Assembly (NCBI GenBank): GCA_964644695.1
Contig: CAZXWN010000009.1
Span: forward strand, 1 to 64,000
Direction of reading: 5' to 3'
DNA from: an uncultured bacterium
GTDB lineage: Bacteria; UBP4; UBA4092
Length of the DNA: 64,000 nucleotides
In this document: positions 10,183 to 21,700 of the stretch, piece after piece
Layout of the letters: each line of letters opens with the position of its first letter
Position numbering within the stretch: position 1 is the stretch's first letter
Made by a program: the position numbers and the translations under genes
The notes under the pieces: generated by a model
Seen by the model: the letters and a program-made list of their open reading frames with translations, nothing else
Told to the model about the DNA's origin: nothing
Database searches by the model: none

Positions 10183-10375
10183 ATAAATTTAAATTATTTT
10201 TATTTTAGTTCTGGTATTTATTCAGAAAAAGTGGTATTTTTACTTTGCGAGGTTGTGAACTTAATACATTGAATATGTTTTTTATTCTGTCATCTATTTA
10301 AGCGGTTGGCGGGATAAATCAGATATATAATGAATGAAACAGGCCTATACTCTTTATTGATAAGGTGAATCTATC

Positions 10376-11614
10376 ATGTTGCAGGCAGGCATTGCGCGAA
10401 CTGTTATCACACCACCTGTTGGAACCGATATGACCGGTTATCTGTCCCGAACCAATCCTTCTATTGGGATTTTGGATGGATTGTGGGCAAAGGCTCTGGT
10501 TCTGTCCCTCAGTGGGACTCGGGTTGCTTTAATAACTGTCGATATCGTTGGGCTCTCAGGTCAGGATATCGATGAGATCCGTCAAAGAATCTCCGATAAA
10601 ACCGGCATCTCCGATGTTATGATCAGTTGTCTTCATACCCACTCTGGACCCGCGACGATGAAGTTGCCTGGATTAGGCAAAATTAATCCTGACTACTTTT
10701 TCATCTTGAAAGATAAACTCGTCCAGCTGGTTGTAGATGCTTCGACCAAATCCATACCCGTCCGTCTCTCCATTGGTCGGGGATTGGTCAGAGTAGGGGT
10801 GAACCGGCGAAGTCCCGATGGACCCGTTGACCCTGATGTCTCTGTCCTTCGTTTTGATACCAGTGATGGGCACCCTGTTTGTTTGATAGTAAATTATTCT
10901 ACACATCCTGTCGTTTTGGGGAGTGATAATAGAAAATTCTCTCGAGACTATCCCGGATTTACAGTCGATTTGTTGGAAGAAAATCTGGGATGTATGACGA
11001 TGTTTCTTACAGGAGCGGTCGGTGATATTAATCCTCAACGAACGGGTCTTAAACCGGTGGAAGCCGCCTATGAAGAAGCTCGCCGGATCGGCATGATTGT
11101 CGGTGCGGAAGCCCTCAAGGCCTCTTTAACAGCTAAACCTGTGGAAGAGGATGATTTGAGTATGACCACGGTAAAACTTAAAGTCCCCATTCGTATTTTA
11201 GCACCCGAGGAACAAACCGTAAATGATGAACTGGGGTGGGGCTTTCTGTTCAAAAAAGCAATGGAAGAGTGGGTTCGTGATATTCAACTCTTACCAACTG
11301 ACCCGTGGCTCGATGCCGAAGTCTGCCGACTGGACTTGGGCGATGCTGTCATCTGTGGTGTACCGGGGGAAATCTTCTGCCAAACCGGTTTGGATATTAA
11401 ATCTCTTTTCCCAGGTAAGACCGTTTTAGTATCTGGATATACCAATGGCAATATTGGTTACATCTTTACCCGGGAAGCCTTTGAACAAGGCGGCTATGAA
11501 GTGGACCTGGCTTACCGGTTCTATGGTCAACGGGGACCCTTTACTGCCGATGCTGAAGACATTCTGAAGCAGGCGATTATCAGTACGGTTCCTTCAGGCT
11601 ATAACCATAATTAA
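10376..11614 (+). CDS. Neutral/alkaline ceramidase N-terminal-domain family amidohydrolase, substrate unknown
   Basis: ITPP, HTHSGP, NRR, NYSTHP, DYPG, GAVGDINP, PGEIF and GGYE motifs. Confidence 0.8.
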   Translation: MLQAGIARTVITPPVGTDMTGYLSRTNPSIGILDGLWAKALVLSLSGTRVALITVDIVGLSGQDIDEIRQRISDKTGISDVMISCLHTHSGPATMKLPGLGKINPDYFFILKDKLVQLVVDASTKSIPVRLSIGRGLVRVGVNRRSPDGPVDPDVSVLRFDTSDGHPVCLIVNYSTHPVVLGSDNRKFSRDYPGFTVDLLEENLGCMTMFLTGAVGDINPQRTGLKPVEAAYEEARRIGMIVGAEALKASLTAKPVEEDDLSMTTVKLKVPIRILAPEEQTVNDELGWGFLFKKAMEEWVRDIQLLPTDPWLDAEVCRLDLGDAVICGVPGEIFCQTGLDIKSLFPGKTVLVSGYTNGNIGYIFTREAFEQGGYEVDLAYRFYGQRGPFTADAEDILKQAIISTVPSGYNHN

Positions 11615-11636
11615 TAAATCTGATTTGGAGTCCCTC

Positions 11637-13631
11637 TTATATCACATTGGAGGTGGCTTGCCTTCTTCGGGCTATTGCATGTTCTAATGCCAGACTGATA
11701 AGTCCAACGAATGACTCCAGTTGATATTCTTCTTCCAGACTGAAAAAGGTTTTATCCTGAGGCCGGCCAATCGCTAACACCCCTAAAGTCTCTTTCTCTC
11801 CTATCAGGGGGATAAATCGAAATGGGGATGATGTGAGAGTGTCTGTCCCTCGTCCTGCCGGTTTGTTGTGGCTCATGGACCAGACTGCAATTCCTATTTC
11901 TCGCTCGTCCATCAGCAGTTCGTCTCCCGACTGCGAATAAATGGTGAGTTTACCATTACTATCAGGTAATAAAATATATGACTCACAATTAAAAAGTGCC
12001 GATAAATCTTCAGTGCTTCTATCTAATAATTCCACTAACCCGATGGCGTGCATCAAATCTCGGGAAAATTCATACAACAAGGAAATAAATCGTTCCCGCT
12101 TTCGAGCCGCCTCGGTTTGCTTCTGAATGATATCAGATAACAAACTGGTTGTTAATCCTACAATAAACAACACTAAAAAGGTGGGTAAAAACTGAAAGTC
12201 ACTGACACTAAATGTAAATACTGGATGGATGAAAAAAAAGTTAAAACACATGACCGCTAAGACCGAGGCAACAATACCGCCCAGCCGGCCTCGGACTAAA
12301 CTGCTGAATACAATGGGCAATAAATACAATAATGCAATATTGGTAATATTTAACCAGGGTTGAACCAGCCAGCAAAAGGCTGTCATGATGGCGATACTGC
12401 CAGCAGGCACCATAATCTCCTGAAGGATTTTTGACTTATCAAGCGCTTTCCGAAGAGGTCTGACGGAAGGATATTTCGCTTTCTGACTGCCAACAACCAG
12501 AACTTGAATGGGACTGCTCTTTTCGATTAATTCATTGACTAAAGACCCCTTTAAAAGTCTCTGCCAGCGGGATTGCCCTGAGAACCCTGAAATAATCAAA
12601 GTGATATTCTGGGTTCTGGCAAACTCCAATATTTCATCTGCGGGATTCAATCCGTTCAATCGTATAATCTTTGCGCCTGAATCCTCAGCCATCTGTAAAT
12701 TCTTATCCAGTTGTAGCCGTCTCGATTCCTGAAGAGTTCCCTGACGGGGCGTTTCAACATATACCGCAAACCATTCGGCCTTTAAATCCTCAGCCAATCG
12801 CTGAGTAACCCGAATAGGATGTTCCGATAAAGGACTTGGGCTGACACAAACTAACAATTTTGACCCAACTCCCCAGGGTCCCCGAATACCTTGTAGATAC
12901 ATATACGACATCATGGCTTCATCTACCCTGCGGGCAGTGTACCGTAATGCCAGCTCTCTTAATGCTAGAAGGTTTCCCTTCCTGAAGAATTTTTCAACAG
13001 CAGTGCGGGCCTTTTCAGGAACATAAACTTTGCCTTCTGATAATCGTTGCAGGAGTTCTTCAGGGGGAAGGTCCACTAACTCGATTTTATCAGCCCGTTC
13101 CAAAATTCGATCCGGTACTGTCTCTTGTACACCAATTCCTGTGATTTGTTGAACGATGTCTTGAACACTCTCGATATGTTGAATGTTCAATGTCGTATAG
13201 ACGCTGATGCCTTGCTCCAGCAACTCCTCAACATCCTGGTATCTTTTGGGATGACGAGATCCAGGGTTGTTTGTGTGTGCCAGTTCATCCAATAACAAAA
13301 TCTGTGGTTTCAGTTCCAGTGCCTTATCAATATCAAACTCTGTGAGGGTGATTCCTCTGTAGTCTTGGGAGGTCCGGGGAATCTCCTCTAACCCTTTTGT
13401 TAAGGCAATCGTTTCCTTCCGGCCATGGGTTTCGACAATTCCTATCACGACATTCTGATGTTGACGGTGAAGGGTTTGCCCTTCACTCAACATACGATAG
13501 GTTTTCCCAACTCCCGCACAGTAACCTAAAAAGATTTTCAGATAACCCTTTTTCTGGGAGGGCGTTTCTTCGCTGCGGATTTTCTCCAACAAACGATCGG
13601 GATCTGGTCGAGTTATGTCTGATTCAGTCAT
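11637..13631 (-). CDS. kdpD: KdpD-like sensor (KdpD + USP + 4 TM + GAF) lacking the HisKA/HATPase domains
   Basis: KIFLGYCAGVGKTY, DELAHTN, HPKRYQD, LRELALR; USP region; four TM helices; GAF (GRGTDTL); stop at 664 aa with no H-box. Confidence 0.9.
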   Translation of the reverse strand: MTESDITRPDPDRLLEKIRSEETPSQKKGYLKIFLGYCAGVGKTYRMLSEGQTLHRQHQNVVIGIVETHGRKETIALTKGLEEIPRTSQDYRGITLTEFDIDKALELKPQILLLDELAHTNNPGSRHPKRYQDVEELLEQGISVYTTLNIQHIESVQDIVQQITGIGVQETVPDRILERADKIELVDLPPEELLQRLSEGKVYVPEKARTAVEKFFRKGNLLALRELALRYTARRVDEAMMSYMYLQGIRGPWGVGSKLLVCVSPSPLSEHPIRVTQRLAEDLKAEWFAVYVETPRQGTLQESRRLQLDKNLQMAEDSGAKIIRLNGLNPADEILEFARTQNITLIISGFSGQSRWQRLLKGSLVNELIEKSSPIQVLVVGSQKAKYPSVRPLRKALDKSKILQEIMVPAGSIAIMTAFCWLVQPWLNITNIALLYLLPIVFSSLVRGRLGGIVASVLAVMCFNFFFIHPVFTFSVSDFQFLPTFLVLFIVGLTTSLLSDIIQKQTEAARKRERFISLLYEFSRDLMHAIGLVELLDRSTEDLSALFNCESYILLPDSNGKLTIYSQSGDELLMDEREIGIAVWSMSHNKPAGRGTDTLTSSPFRFIPLIGEKETLGVLAIGRPQDKTFFSLEEEYQLESFVGLISLALEHAIARRRQATSNVI

Positions 13632-14223
13632 ATTGTTTTCCCTGGGACTGACGGTCTAACTCCAGATTTAATTCTAAAACATTCACCAGCGGTAATTGAA
13701 ATAATCCTGTATCTTTCTTGGACTGCTGTCGTATTATCTCTTGTACCTTTGAAAGAGGAATCTTTCTTTCTTGGGCAATCCTCCGACTCTGGAGCATGGC
13801 ATTATTTAAGCTGATATCAGGGTCCAATCCACTGCCTGAACTCATCACCGCATCCGCAGGAATAGTCTCATTCTTCGACAAGTGGTTGACCGTCTGATAT
13901 TGTTCTATCGTCTGTCTGACTTGAGCTCTCCATAACGGATTCGATACTCCATAATTGGTGGCGCCTGACGGTAGCGTATCATATCCACAGGCGGAGGGAC
14001 GGCCTTGAAAGTATTGGGCTGATTCAAACTTCTGCCCAATCAACTTGGACCCAACTTGTTCCCCATGACTATCTCGGAGAATGCTTCCATTGGCGCGAGC
14101 TGGAAATACCCACTGCCCAACCATCAGTATGCACAAGGGATATATAAACCCAGTTATGACCATGAATATTATCAACATGAGAAATGACTTTTTTAATGTA
14201 TCCATCATCGTTGTACTCTCCAT
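13624..14223 (-). CDS. kdpC: K+-transporting ATPase subunit C
   Basis: ANGS, GSKLIGQ, YFQGRPSA, SGSGLDPDIS and VNVLELNL motifs. Confidence 0.95.
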   Translation of the reverse strand: MESTTMMDTLKKSFLMLIIFMVITGFIYPLCILMVGQWVFPARANGSILRDSHGEQVGSKLIGQKFESAQYFQGRPSACGYDTLPSGATNYGVSNPLWRAQVRQTIEQYQTVNHLSKNETIPADAVMSSGSGLDPDISLNNAMLQSRRIAQERKIPLSKVQEIIRQQSKKDTGLFQLPLVNVLELNLELDRQSQGKQYD

Positions 14224-16251
14224 CTAGACCAGACCTAGGAAATTTAATAACAGGTCGATTAGTTTTATTGCGACAAAGGGCAGTAATAGTCCACCCACAC
14301 CAAAGATCAATAAGTTCCGTCTTAATAATTCCGTCGTGGATGAGGAACTCAGTTTAACGCCCTTTAAAGCCACAGGGATTAGTAATGGGATAATCAATGC
14401 GTTAAATATGACTGCCGATAAAACCGCACTGGCCGGACTTCCCAAACCCATTACGTTCAACACGCGAAGCACTGGATATTGAGTCGCAAACAATGCCGGT
14501 AGAATGGCAAAATATTTGGCGGCATCATTCGCAATACTGAAGGTTGTGAGGGCACCGCGAGTGACAAGTATTTGTTTTCCGGTTTCAACAATGTCTAAAA
14601 GTTTTGTCGGATTGGAATCCAGGTCAATCATGTTGGCAGCTTCACGGGCTGCTTGTGTGCCCGCATTCATTGCGACTGCGACATCGGCCTGAGCCAAAGC
14701 CGGTGCGTCATTAGTACCGTCACCAATCATGGCCACCAGGTTTCCATCTGTTTGGTATTTCCTGATTAAATCGAGTTTAGTTTCGGGTGTGGCTTGTGCG
14801 ACAAAGTCGTCCAACCCAGCTTCCCCTGCAATTGAAGCGGCTGTTAAGGGATTATCTCCGGTTATCATGACGGATTTGATTCCCATTTGTCGGAGTTGTT
14901 GTAGCCGGGATTGTATTCCCTGTTTCAAAATGTCCTTAAGGACAATAATTCCAAGAAGTCTTTGGTTCTCTGCCACAACTAAAGGAGTATCACCCTGACG
15001 TGCAAATGCCTCTACTTGTCGTTGCATCTCAGGTGATACTTTACCCCCATTGGATTCTACCCAATTCTTTATGGCATCCAACGCTCCTTTGCGGATACAG
15101 CGAGTTCCAACATTCATCCCACTCATTCGAGTTTGAGGCGTGAAAGGTATGAAATGGGCGTCATGTGGAGTCCGAATCTCACTGCCACGGATGCCCATTT
15201 CTTTCTTGCATAATGTTACAATACTTCGCCCTTCTGGAGTCTCATCCGTGATAGACGACAGCAACGCCGATTCCCGAAGCTCCTCTGGTTTTACATCGGG
15301 TGCTGTTACCAGTTGTGAGGCCATACGATTACCCAGAGTAATGGTTCCTGTCTTGTCTAACAGAACGACATTCACATCACCGGAGGCTTCCACAGCTCTG
15401 CCTGATAGCGCAATCACATTGTGCTGAATGAGGCGGTCCATACCTGCAATACCGATGGCTGGAAGAAGTCCCCCAATCGTTGTGGGCATCAGGCAAACCA
15501 GAAGAGCAACCAATACCGTCAACGCTAGCTTGATATTCATATATCCGGCAAAGGCTGGCAGTGTCGCAATGACGACAATAAATAACACTGTTAAGCCAAT
15601 CAGTAATATTTCCAAAGCAATCTCATTAGGCGTTTTTTGGCGGTTGGCCGTCTCGACCATCTTGATCATGTTATCCAGAAAGGTCTCACCGGGATTTAAA
15701 GTGATTCGCACTTTTATCTCTCCGGAGAGGACTCGGGTCCCGGCTGTAACACTATTTCTGTCTCCTCCGGATTCCCTAATTACTGGAGCGGATTCTCCGG
15801 TGATGGCCGACTCATCTACCAGCGCAGTTCCTTCAATGATTTCACCATCCCCAGGTATATTCTCTCCCTCTAATATCTGGATTAAATCACCTTTACGAAG
15901 GTCACTGGAAGTGACCATTTCCCACTCGGTATCGGATTTTTGTTTACGAGCTGTCATGGTATTCCGAGAAGACTTTAATGACTTGGCGCGTGCCTTTCCC
16001 TGCAACTCAGCCAAAGCTTCTGCGAAATTGGCAAACAATACTGTGAACCATAACCAGATGGATATTTGTAGATTAAACCCAAACCCGGGAGGTGTAAAAA
16101 GGGTAACCGTTGTCAGGACGGCTCCCAGTTCTACAATCAACATGACGGGATTTCGCCACAGGGTAATAGGGTTCAATTTAATGACGGACTCGTGAGCTGC
16201 CGCCATTAGAAATTTAGCGTGAAAAATTCGAGGTTTATTTTGCGTACTCAT
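14224..16251 (-). CDS. kdpB: K+-transporting P-type ATPase subunit B
   Basis: TGES, DKTGT phosphorylation motif, [14 protein letters not shown]. Confidence 0.97.
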   Translation of the reverse strand: MSTQNKPRIFHAKFLMAAAHESVIKLNPITLWRNPVMLIVELGAVLTTVTLFTPPGFGFNLQISIWLWFTVLFANFAEALAELQGKARAKSLKSSRNTMTARKQKSDTEWEMVTSSDLRKGDLIQILEGENIPGDGEIIEGTALVDESAITGESAPVIRESGGDRNSVTAGTRVLSGEIKVRITLNPGETFLDNMIKMVETANRQKTPNEIALEILLIGLTVLFIVVIATLPAFAGYMNIKLALTVLVALLVCLMPTTIGGLLPAIGIAGMDRLIQHNVIALSGRAVEASGDVNVVLLDKTGTITLGNRMASQLVTAPDVKPEELRESALLSSITDETPEGRSIVTLCKKEMGIRGSEIRTPHDAHFIPFTPQTRMSGMNVGTRCIRKGALDAIKNWVESNGGKVSPEMQRQVEAFARQGDTPLVVAENQRLLGIIVLKDILKQGIQSRLQQLRQMGIKSVMITGDNPLTAASIAGEAGLDDFVAQATPETKLDLIRKYQTDGNLVAMIGDGTNDAPALAQADVAVAMNAGTQAAREAANMIDLDSNPTKLLDIVETGKQILVTRGALTTFSIANDAAKYFAILPALFATQYPVLRVLNVMGLGSPASAVLSAVIFNALIIPLLIPVALKGVKLSSSSTTELLRRNLLIFGVGGLLLPFVAIKLIDLLLNFLGLV

Positions 16252-16272
16252 TATCAATACTCCAAAGGCAAC

Positions 16273-17970
16273 TTAAAATGGGGGTAATAGTAGTCCCTGC
16301 AAATGTTCTAAAATCGGAGACAATGCGAAGACGGGAAAACAGGTTAATGCCCCCATCACTATCACCACTCCTGTAACCATGATGACAAACAAAACACCTG
16401 TTGTTGGAAATACAGCCGAGGTGATTGGAGTCATCTTCTTTTCAGCAAGGGAACCGGCAATAGCTAACCCGGGTAATATGGTGGCGAATCGGCATGCCAG
16501 CATGATAAATCCAAGGCTTAAATTATAAAAAACAGTGTTGGTTCCAAGACCAGCCATCCCTGAACCGTTATTCCCGGCCGCTGACAGGAAGGCATAAAGA
16601 ACTTCAGATAATCCATGTGCTCCTGGGTTATGTATCGCCGCCTGAGTTGATGGATTTATTACGGCCGCAGCAGAAAAAATAAGTGCCAGAACAGGGGGTA
16701 GTAACAAAGCTGTTAAAGAAAGAATCATCTCCCGGGGTCCTAGTTTTTTCTGAAGGAATTCTGGAGTTCTACCAATCATCAGGCCTGCGATAAACATGGT
16801 CAAAAATACATAATATAAAAGGCCCAACAGTCCCACTCCAACGCCGCCGAAAATAACCTCACCAATACTCATGTTAAACAGATAAACCAGAATTGTCAGA
16901 GGTTGGAAGCTGTCGTGCATGGCATTCACGGAACCATTGGATGTAACAGTTGTGATATGTCCCCAAAGTGCTGATGCCATTGCCCCAAACCGAGTCTCCC
17001 TGCCTTCCATATATCCTGAACCAGATAATCCTGACTTTATCAATTGATGTGCAGAATGGGTCTCACTCCAATACACCACACCCACACCCAGCAAAAATAA
17101 AATCATCATGACCCAAAAGAATGCTTGCCCTTGTTTGGGATTCTTACATAAATACCCAAAGGTAAAAACTAATGATACAGGGAGTAATAAAATAGCCAGC
17201 AATTCCATCAAGTTAGTCAGGCTGTTGGGGTTCTCAAAAGGATGAGCAGAGTTAACCCCAAAATATCCCCCGCCATTAGATCCCAATTGTTTGATGGCGA
17301 TTTGTGATGCGACAGGGCCCATTGGGAGAGATTGGTGGCTTCCTTCCAGAGTCTTCACCATAACAGGTCCATGTATATTCTGAATGACTCCCTGTGATAC
17401 CAGAAACACTCCCATGAGTAACGACAAAGGTAATAGGATATAAAGTACGGACTTTGTCATATCAACCCAGAAATTACCAATCAAAGAAGTATCTCGTCGT
17501 GTAAATCCCCGAATAACGGCCACCATGACTGCCATCCCTGAGGCTGCTGACAGAAAGTTCTGTACGGTTAATCCTGACATCTGGACTAACTGTGACAAGG
17601 TGGTTTCTCCACTGTAAGATTGCCAGTTGGTATTTGTCATGAAGGAAACTGCGGTGTTAAACGCTAAATCCCAGCGGACAGAAGGAAGATTTTGTGGATT
17701 TAATGGCAACCAATTCTGGAAGATTTGTAATAAAAACAATATGACCATTCCCAGAATATTAAACCCGGTAAATGCCAGTGCATATTGTTTCCAGTTCATC
17801 TCCTGGCTTGGGTTGGTGCCTGTTATCTTATAGATAAGATTCTCTACCGGACCCGCAACACGAGACATCCAGATGGGTTCATTTTGATAAACCCGAGCCA
17901 GATACTTCCCCAGATAAGGGGTCATACAAAACAATATAACTAATGTTGTAAATAAACCAAATGTACTCAT
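16273..17970 (-). CDS. kdpA: K+-transporting ATPase subunit A
   Basis: NTNWQSYSGE, LGSNGGGY, TSNGSVN and GNNGS selectivity-filter motifs. Confidence 0.97.
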   Translation of the reverse strand: MSTFGLFTTLVILFCMTPYLGKYLARVYQNEPIWMSRVAGPVENLIYKITGTNPSQEMNWKQYALAFTGFNILGMVILFLLQIFQNWLPLNPQNLPSVRWDLAFNTAVSFMTNTNWQSYSGETTLSQLVQMSGLTVQNFLSAASGMAVMVAVIRGFTRRDTSLIGNFWVDMTKSVLYILLPLSLLMGVFLVSQGVIQNIHGPVMVKTLEGSHQSLPMGPVASQIAIKQLGSNGGGYFGVNSAHPFENPNSLTNLMELLAILLLPVSLVFTFGYLCKNPKQGQAFFWVMMILFLLGVGVVYWSETHSAHQLIKSGLSGSGYMEGRETRFGAMASALWGHITTVTSNGSVNAMHDSFQPLTILVYLFNMSIGEVIFGGVGVGLLGLLYYVFLTMFIAGLMIGRTPEFLQKKLGPREMILSLTALLLPPVLALIFSAAAVINPSTQAAIHNPGAHGLSEVLYAFLSAAGNNGSGMAGLGTNTVFYNLSLGFIMLACRFATILPGLAIAGSLAEKKMTPITSAVFPTTGVLFVIMVTGVVIVMGALTCFPVFALSPILEHLQGLLLPPF

Positions 17971-18180
17971 AGAAAAAACCTTTATGAATTGAATTAAAAT
18001 TTAGTCAAAGTTACCATGCTAATGCGTTATAACCCTAACGTATCAAATTAGGGCGGGAAGGTGTTCAATTCCGACATATCTTCGCCTCCTGGGATAAATA
18101 TCCCAAATACAGAAACAGCCCAATAATGGGTTTATGTGTGATATGAACGGTAAGGTCGAGGGGGGATTAGATATCCCTTG

Positions 18181-18296
18181 CCTTTCCACGCCTGCGAGGT
18201 TAGCTGACGGATTCGGGTCGAAAATTAACCCTACGCCTTTCGGCGATTCACCCCGGGAACTTGGGTCCCCCGTCTCTTTATATAGAGTTCGGCGAT
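18181..18296 (-). ncRNA. c-di-AMP riboswitch (ydaO/yuaA class) in the kdpA leader
   Basis: Minus strand reads ATCGCCGAACTC..GAGACGGGGGACC..GGGGTGAATCGCCGAAAGGCGTAGGG..ACCCGAATCCGTCAGCTAACCTCGCAGGCGTGGAAAGG, matching the ydaO/yuaA consensus blocks. Position upstream of K+ uptake genes is typical for this class. Confidence 0.92.
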
Positions 18297-18574
18297 CACT
18301 AAGGATTTCAATTAAATTAATCATATCACAGTTGATTGTTTGACTGGAATTGCCCCCAGATTACACCAAAATCAGAGGTCAAAAAGAGTTTGATGTCCTG
18401 TGTGCTCCCAAATCATCCCGGGAGCTAAGTCTAATAATTGGATACGCTTCCGTAGGCGCTGTTTTTATTTTTCTCTAAAAACACTGAATAATCAAGGGTA
18501 TTTATAGAGACTCACTATAACTGTAACTTTTGGCTTGACAACGACTTAATAATTCGATACTAATATTATCAGTT

Positions 18575-18673
18575 TTCTGTTTATTCTTGAGGTGTCAAGG
18601 TGATATGATGAGAAAAAGGTATCATCTTTCTTGTCCGTGGAGATTGCTTGATTGACACTTTCAATAAACAGAA
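18575..18673. repeat. Long imperfect inverted repeat in the divergent kdp / diguanylate cyclase intergenic region
   Basis: TTCTGTTTATT (18575-18585) pairs with AATAAACAGAA (18663-18673); pairing continues inward via GGTGTCAA/TTGACACT. Confidence 0.75.
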
Positions 18674-18786
18674 CCATAGATTTAATTGTTGATTTGAGAT
18701 GTTTTTTTGTAGCTTGTTTATATCCATTTTATATTACTAAGCACTAAAGGATGTTCCCGATGGAGGAGAGAAAGCAAGCTGGGGAG

Positions 18787-21700
18787 ATGAGGAGTAAATA
18801 CAGCACTCTATTGCTGTGTATAGTTATTTCTCTGTTTATTATTGGATTATTCTCGGCTTGGCAGATTGGTGAAGCGGATAAGAATTTTCGTGCTCTATTG
18901 CTTCAACAATCCAAAAAAATGGCGAAAACATTGGATTTGAAACAAGTTTCCGCACTAACCGGTACAACTATCGACCTCAACCGTCCTGAATACCAGGAAA
19001 TTAAAAGACAGCTTGCATTTGCCCGTCATGCATATCTTCGATATCGCTTTATTTCCCTTATGGGGAAAGATGATAAAGGGAATTTTATTATCTTAGTAGA
19101 TTCGGAATCTCCCAACTCTAAAGATTACTCACCTCCGGGGGATATTTACTATGAGGCTGATTCCGATCTCCAAAATGCCTTCCTTAAAGGCAAATCTCTC
19201 ATCAATAAAATGCCTATCAAGGACCGGTGGGGTTCTTGGATTTCCTCTTTTGTTCCATTAAAAGACCCGGCGACCGGTAAAATATTAGCGGTTTTAGTGA
19301 TAGATATTCCTGCTAGTGGATGGTATGAGACTATTATCAGACACAGTGCTCTCAAGATATCCTTGGGAGCATTGATCCTTGTTTTAGGGTTTTTGTTGTT
19401 TATTCAATGGAACAATAATCGTCTGGTTAAAAAGCAAAACCAGGAATTGATTGAAAGTGAAAATCGCCTTCGTAGTTATTTACTGAATGCCCCAATGAGT
19501 GTTTTTATCTTGGACGACTGTGAAAACTTTTTAGAAGTAAATCCTGAAAGTATGCATCTGACGGGTTATACCATTGATGAACTGAAGAAAATGTGTATCT
19601 CTGATCTTCTTGCCCCAGAGATAAAATCCATAGATTCTGTGGTATTGAGGGACGTCGTTCGAACGGGCAAGGGTTATGGTGAAATGCCCTTTATCCGAAA
19701 AGATGGTTCAAGAAGGTTGGTGTTTGCAGCGGCAGTACGATTATCTGAATGGAGATATCTGGCTTTTGTACAGGATATTACTGAACAAAAAGCCGCCGAA
19801 ATACAGCTGAAACATATTCAATCTGTTAAAGAGATACTCATTTCCTTATCAGGAAAATTAGTTAGTGCTTCAGCTTCTGAATTAGATGATGTGATTAGGA
19901 CAACCCTGTCTGAGGCAGGTAGTTTGTTTAAAGTTGATCGTAGTATAATGTTCCATTTTGACTGGGATTTGGGTCTCATGGGAATTACTCATGAGTGGTG
20001 TTCAGAAGGATCTTCCCCTAATATTCAATCCCTTCAGAACATGCCGATGGATAAATATATTGGCCTCATAAATACAGTAAAAAGTGTGCCTTATATTCAT
20101 ATCCCCGATGTTAGCCAGTTACCGGACCTTTGGAGTCCCGTCAAAGACCTGTGGAATGCTTTAAATGTTGTCTCCATCTTGATTGTCCCTATGACTGAAA
20201 ATGATAAGGCTATTGGATTTATCGCCTTTGTTTCTGTTGGGAAAAAGAGAGTATGGCTGGAAGACGAAATTGAACTGTTGAAACTGATGGCTGTCAATAT
20301 TAGAAGAGCTATCAGCCGAATTCGTGTTGAACAAGCACTGGTGGAAAGTGAACGAAATTACCGTGAGATATTCAACTCTACCAATGAAGCCATCTTTATT
20401 GATGATAAGAACGGTCGGATGATTGATGTCAACGACACCATGATAAAAATGTATGGTTATGATTCGAAAGAAGAAGTTCTGACCGGCAATATTGGTGATT
20501 TGAGTGCTAATCTCCCTCCCTATACAGAAGAAAAAGCCCAGGAATATATCCGCAAGGCGATATGTGAAGGACCGCAAACCTTTGAATGGTTGGCGAAGAA
20601 AAAAGATGGCACAGTCTTCCCTGTAGAAATGTCCTTACGCAAATCAGAAGTGGCGGGTGAAATTCGTATCCTGGCTGTTGGGCGTGACATCTCTGAACGA
20701 AAACAATTGGAACGATCGCTTCAGGATTACATGCAGAGCCTGAAGGAAAGTGAAGAACGATTACGAACCTTGATGAATTCCATGCCGGACATTGTCTGTT
20801 TCAAGGATGAACAAGGGCGCTGGCTGGAAGCCAATGAATATGATTTACGCCTGTTCCAAATTGAACATGTAGATTATCGAGGTAAAAAAGATTCTGAATT
20901 GGCTGCCTGCAGCGAATTCTATCGAGATGCTTTCATGGCTTGCGAGCAAAGTGATGAAATAACTTGGCAGACGCGGGGTATTTGTCGCGGTGAAGAAAAA
21001 ATACCTTGTCCGGATGGTTCTGCAAAAATATTCGATATCATCAAACTTCCCCTCTTTAATGAAGACGGCTCCCGGAAGGGATTAGTCGTTGTGGGTCGAG
21101 ATATTACTACCCGGAAATTGGCAGCTGAAGCACTCCAGCAAAGTGAAGAACACTATCGGTCTTTGGTAGAGCACATGGTTGAAGGGATGGGTATCCTGAC
21201 TTTTAATGGCAAGATATTGTTCTTCAATTTGTCTGCCGTTCGAATCTTTGGTTTCAATTCTGTTGAAGAGGCCGATTTAGCAAAAAAAGAAATTAGTGAC
21301 TTGATTGACTCTGCTTCGCTACCACAGCTATCCCTTGATGTAAAACGAGTCCACAATGGGGAAGATGTTTCAGCGCAATATCGATTTAATCGTCCCGATG
21401 GTGAGCTAGGATGGCTGGAAGTTTCGGGAACCAAAATCAGATATCTGGACCAGGACGCCATCTTGGTCTTATTCCATGATATTACGGACCGGAAACGGGC
21501 TGAAGATCAAGCGAAATATTTAAGTCTCCATGACTCTTTAACCGGCCTGTACAACCGAACTTATTTTGAAGAAGAAATGAACCGGTTGCAGCAATACCGC
21601 CATTCGACCATGGGAATCATTGTTTTTGATGTCGATGGTTTAAAACTGATTAATGACACTCTGGGACATACGGCGGGTGATAATTTACTGTTGGCAGTAT

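Noticed and set aside
15428..16195. 255-aa ORF antisense to kdpB
   Set aside because: Typical shadow ORF on the opposite strand of a conserved gene.
17971..18180. kdpF
   Set aside because: I found no ~30-aa hydrophobic ORF ending in a PE.F-like motif between the riboswitch and kdpA.
18043..18343. 93-aa (-) and 69-aa (+) ORFs
   Set aside because: They overlap the c-di-AMP aptamer, which explains the sequence better.
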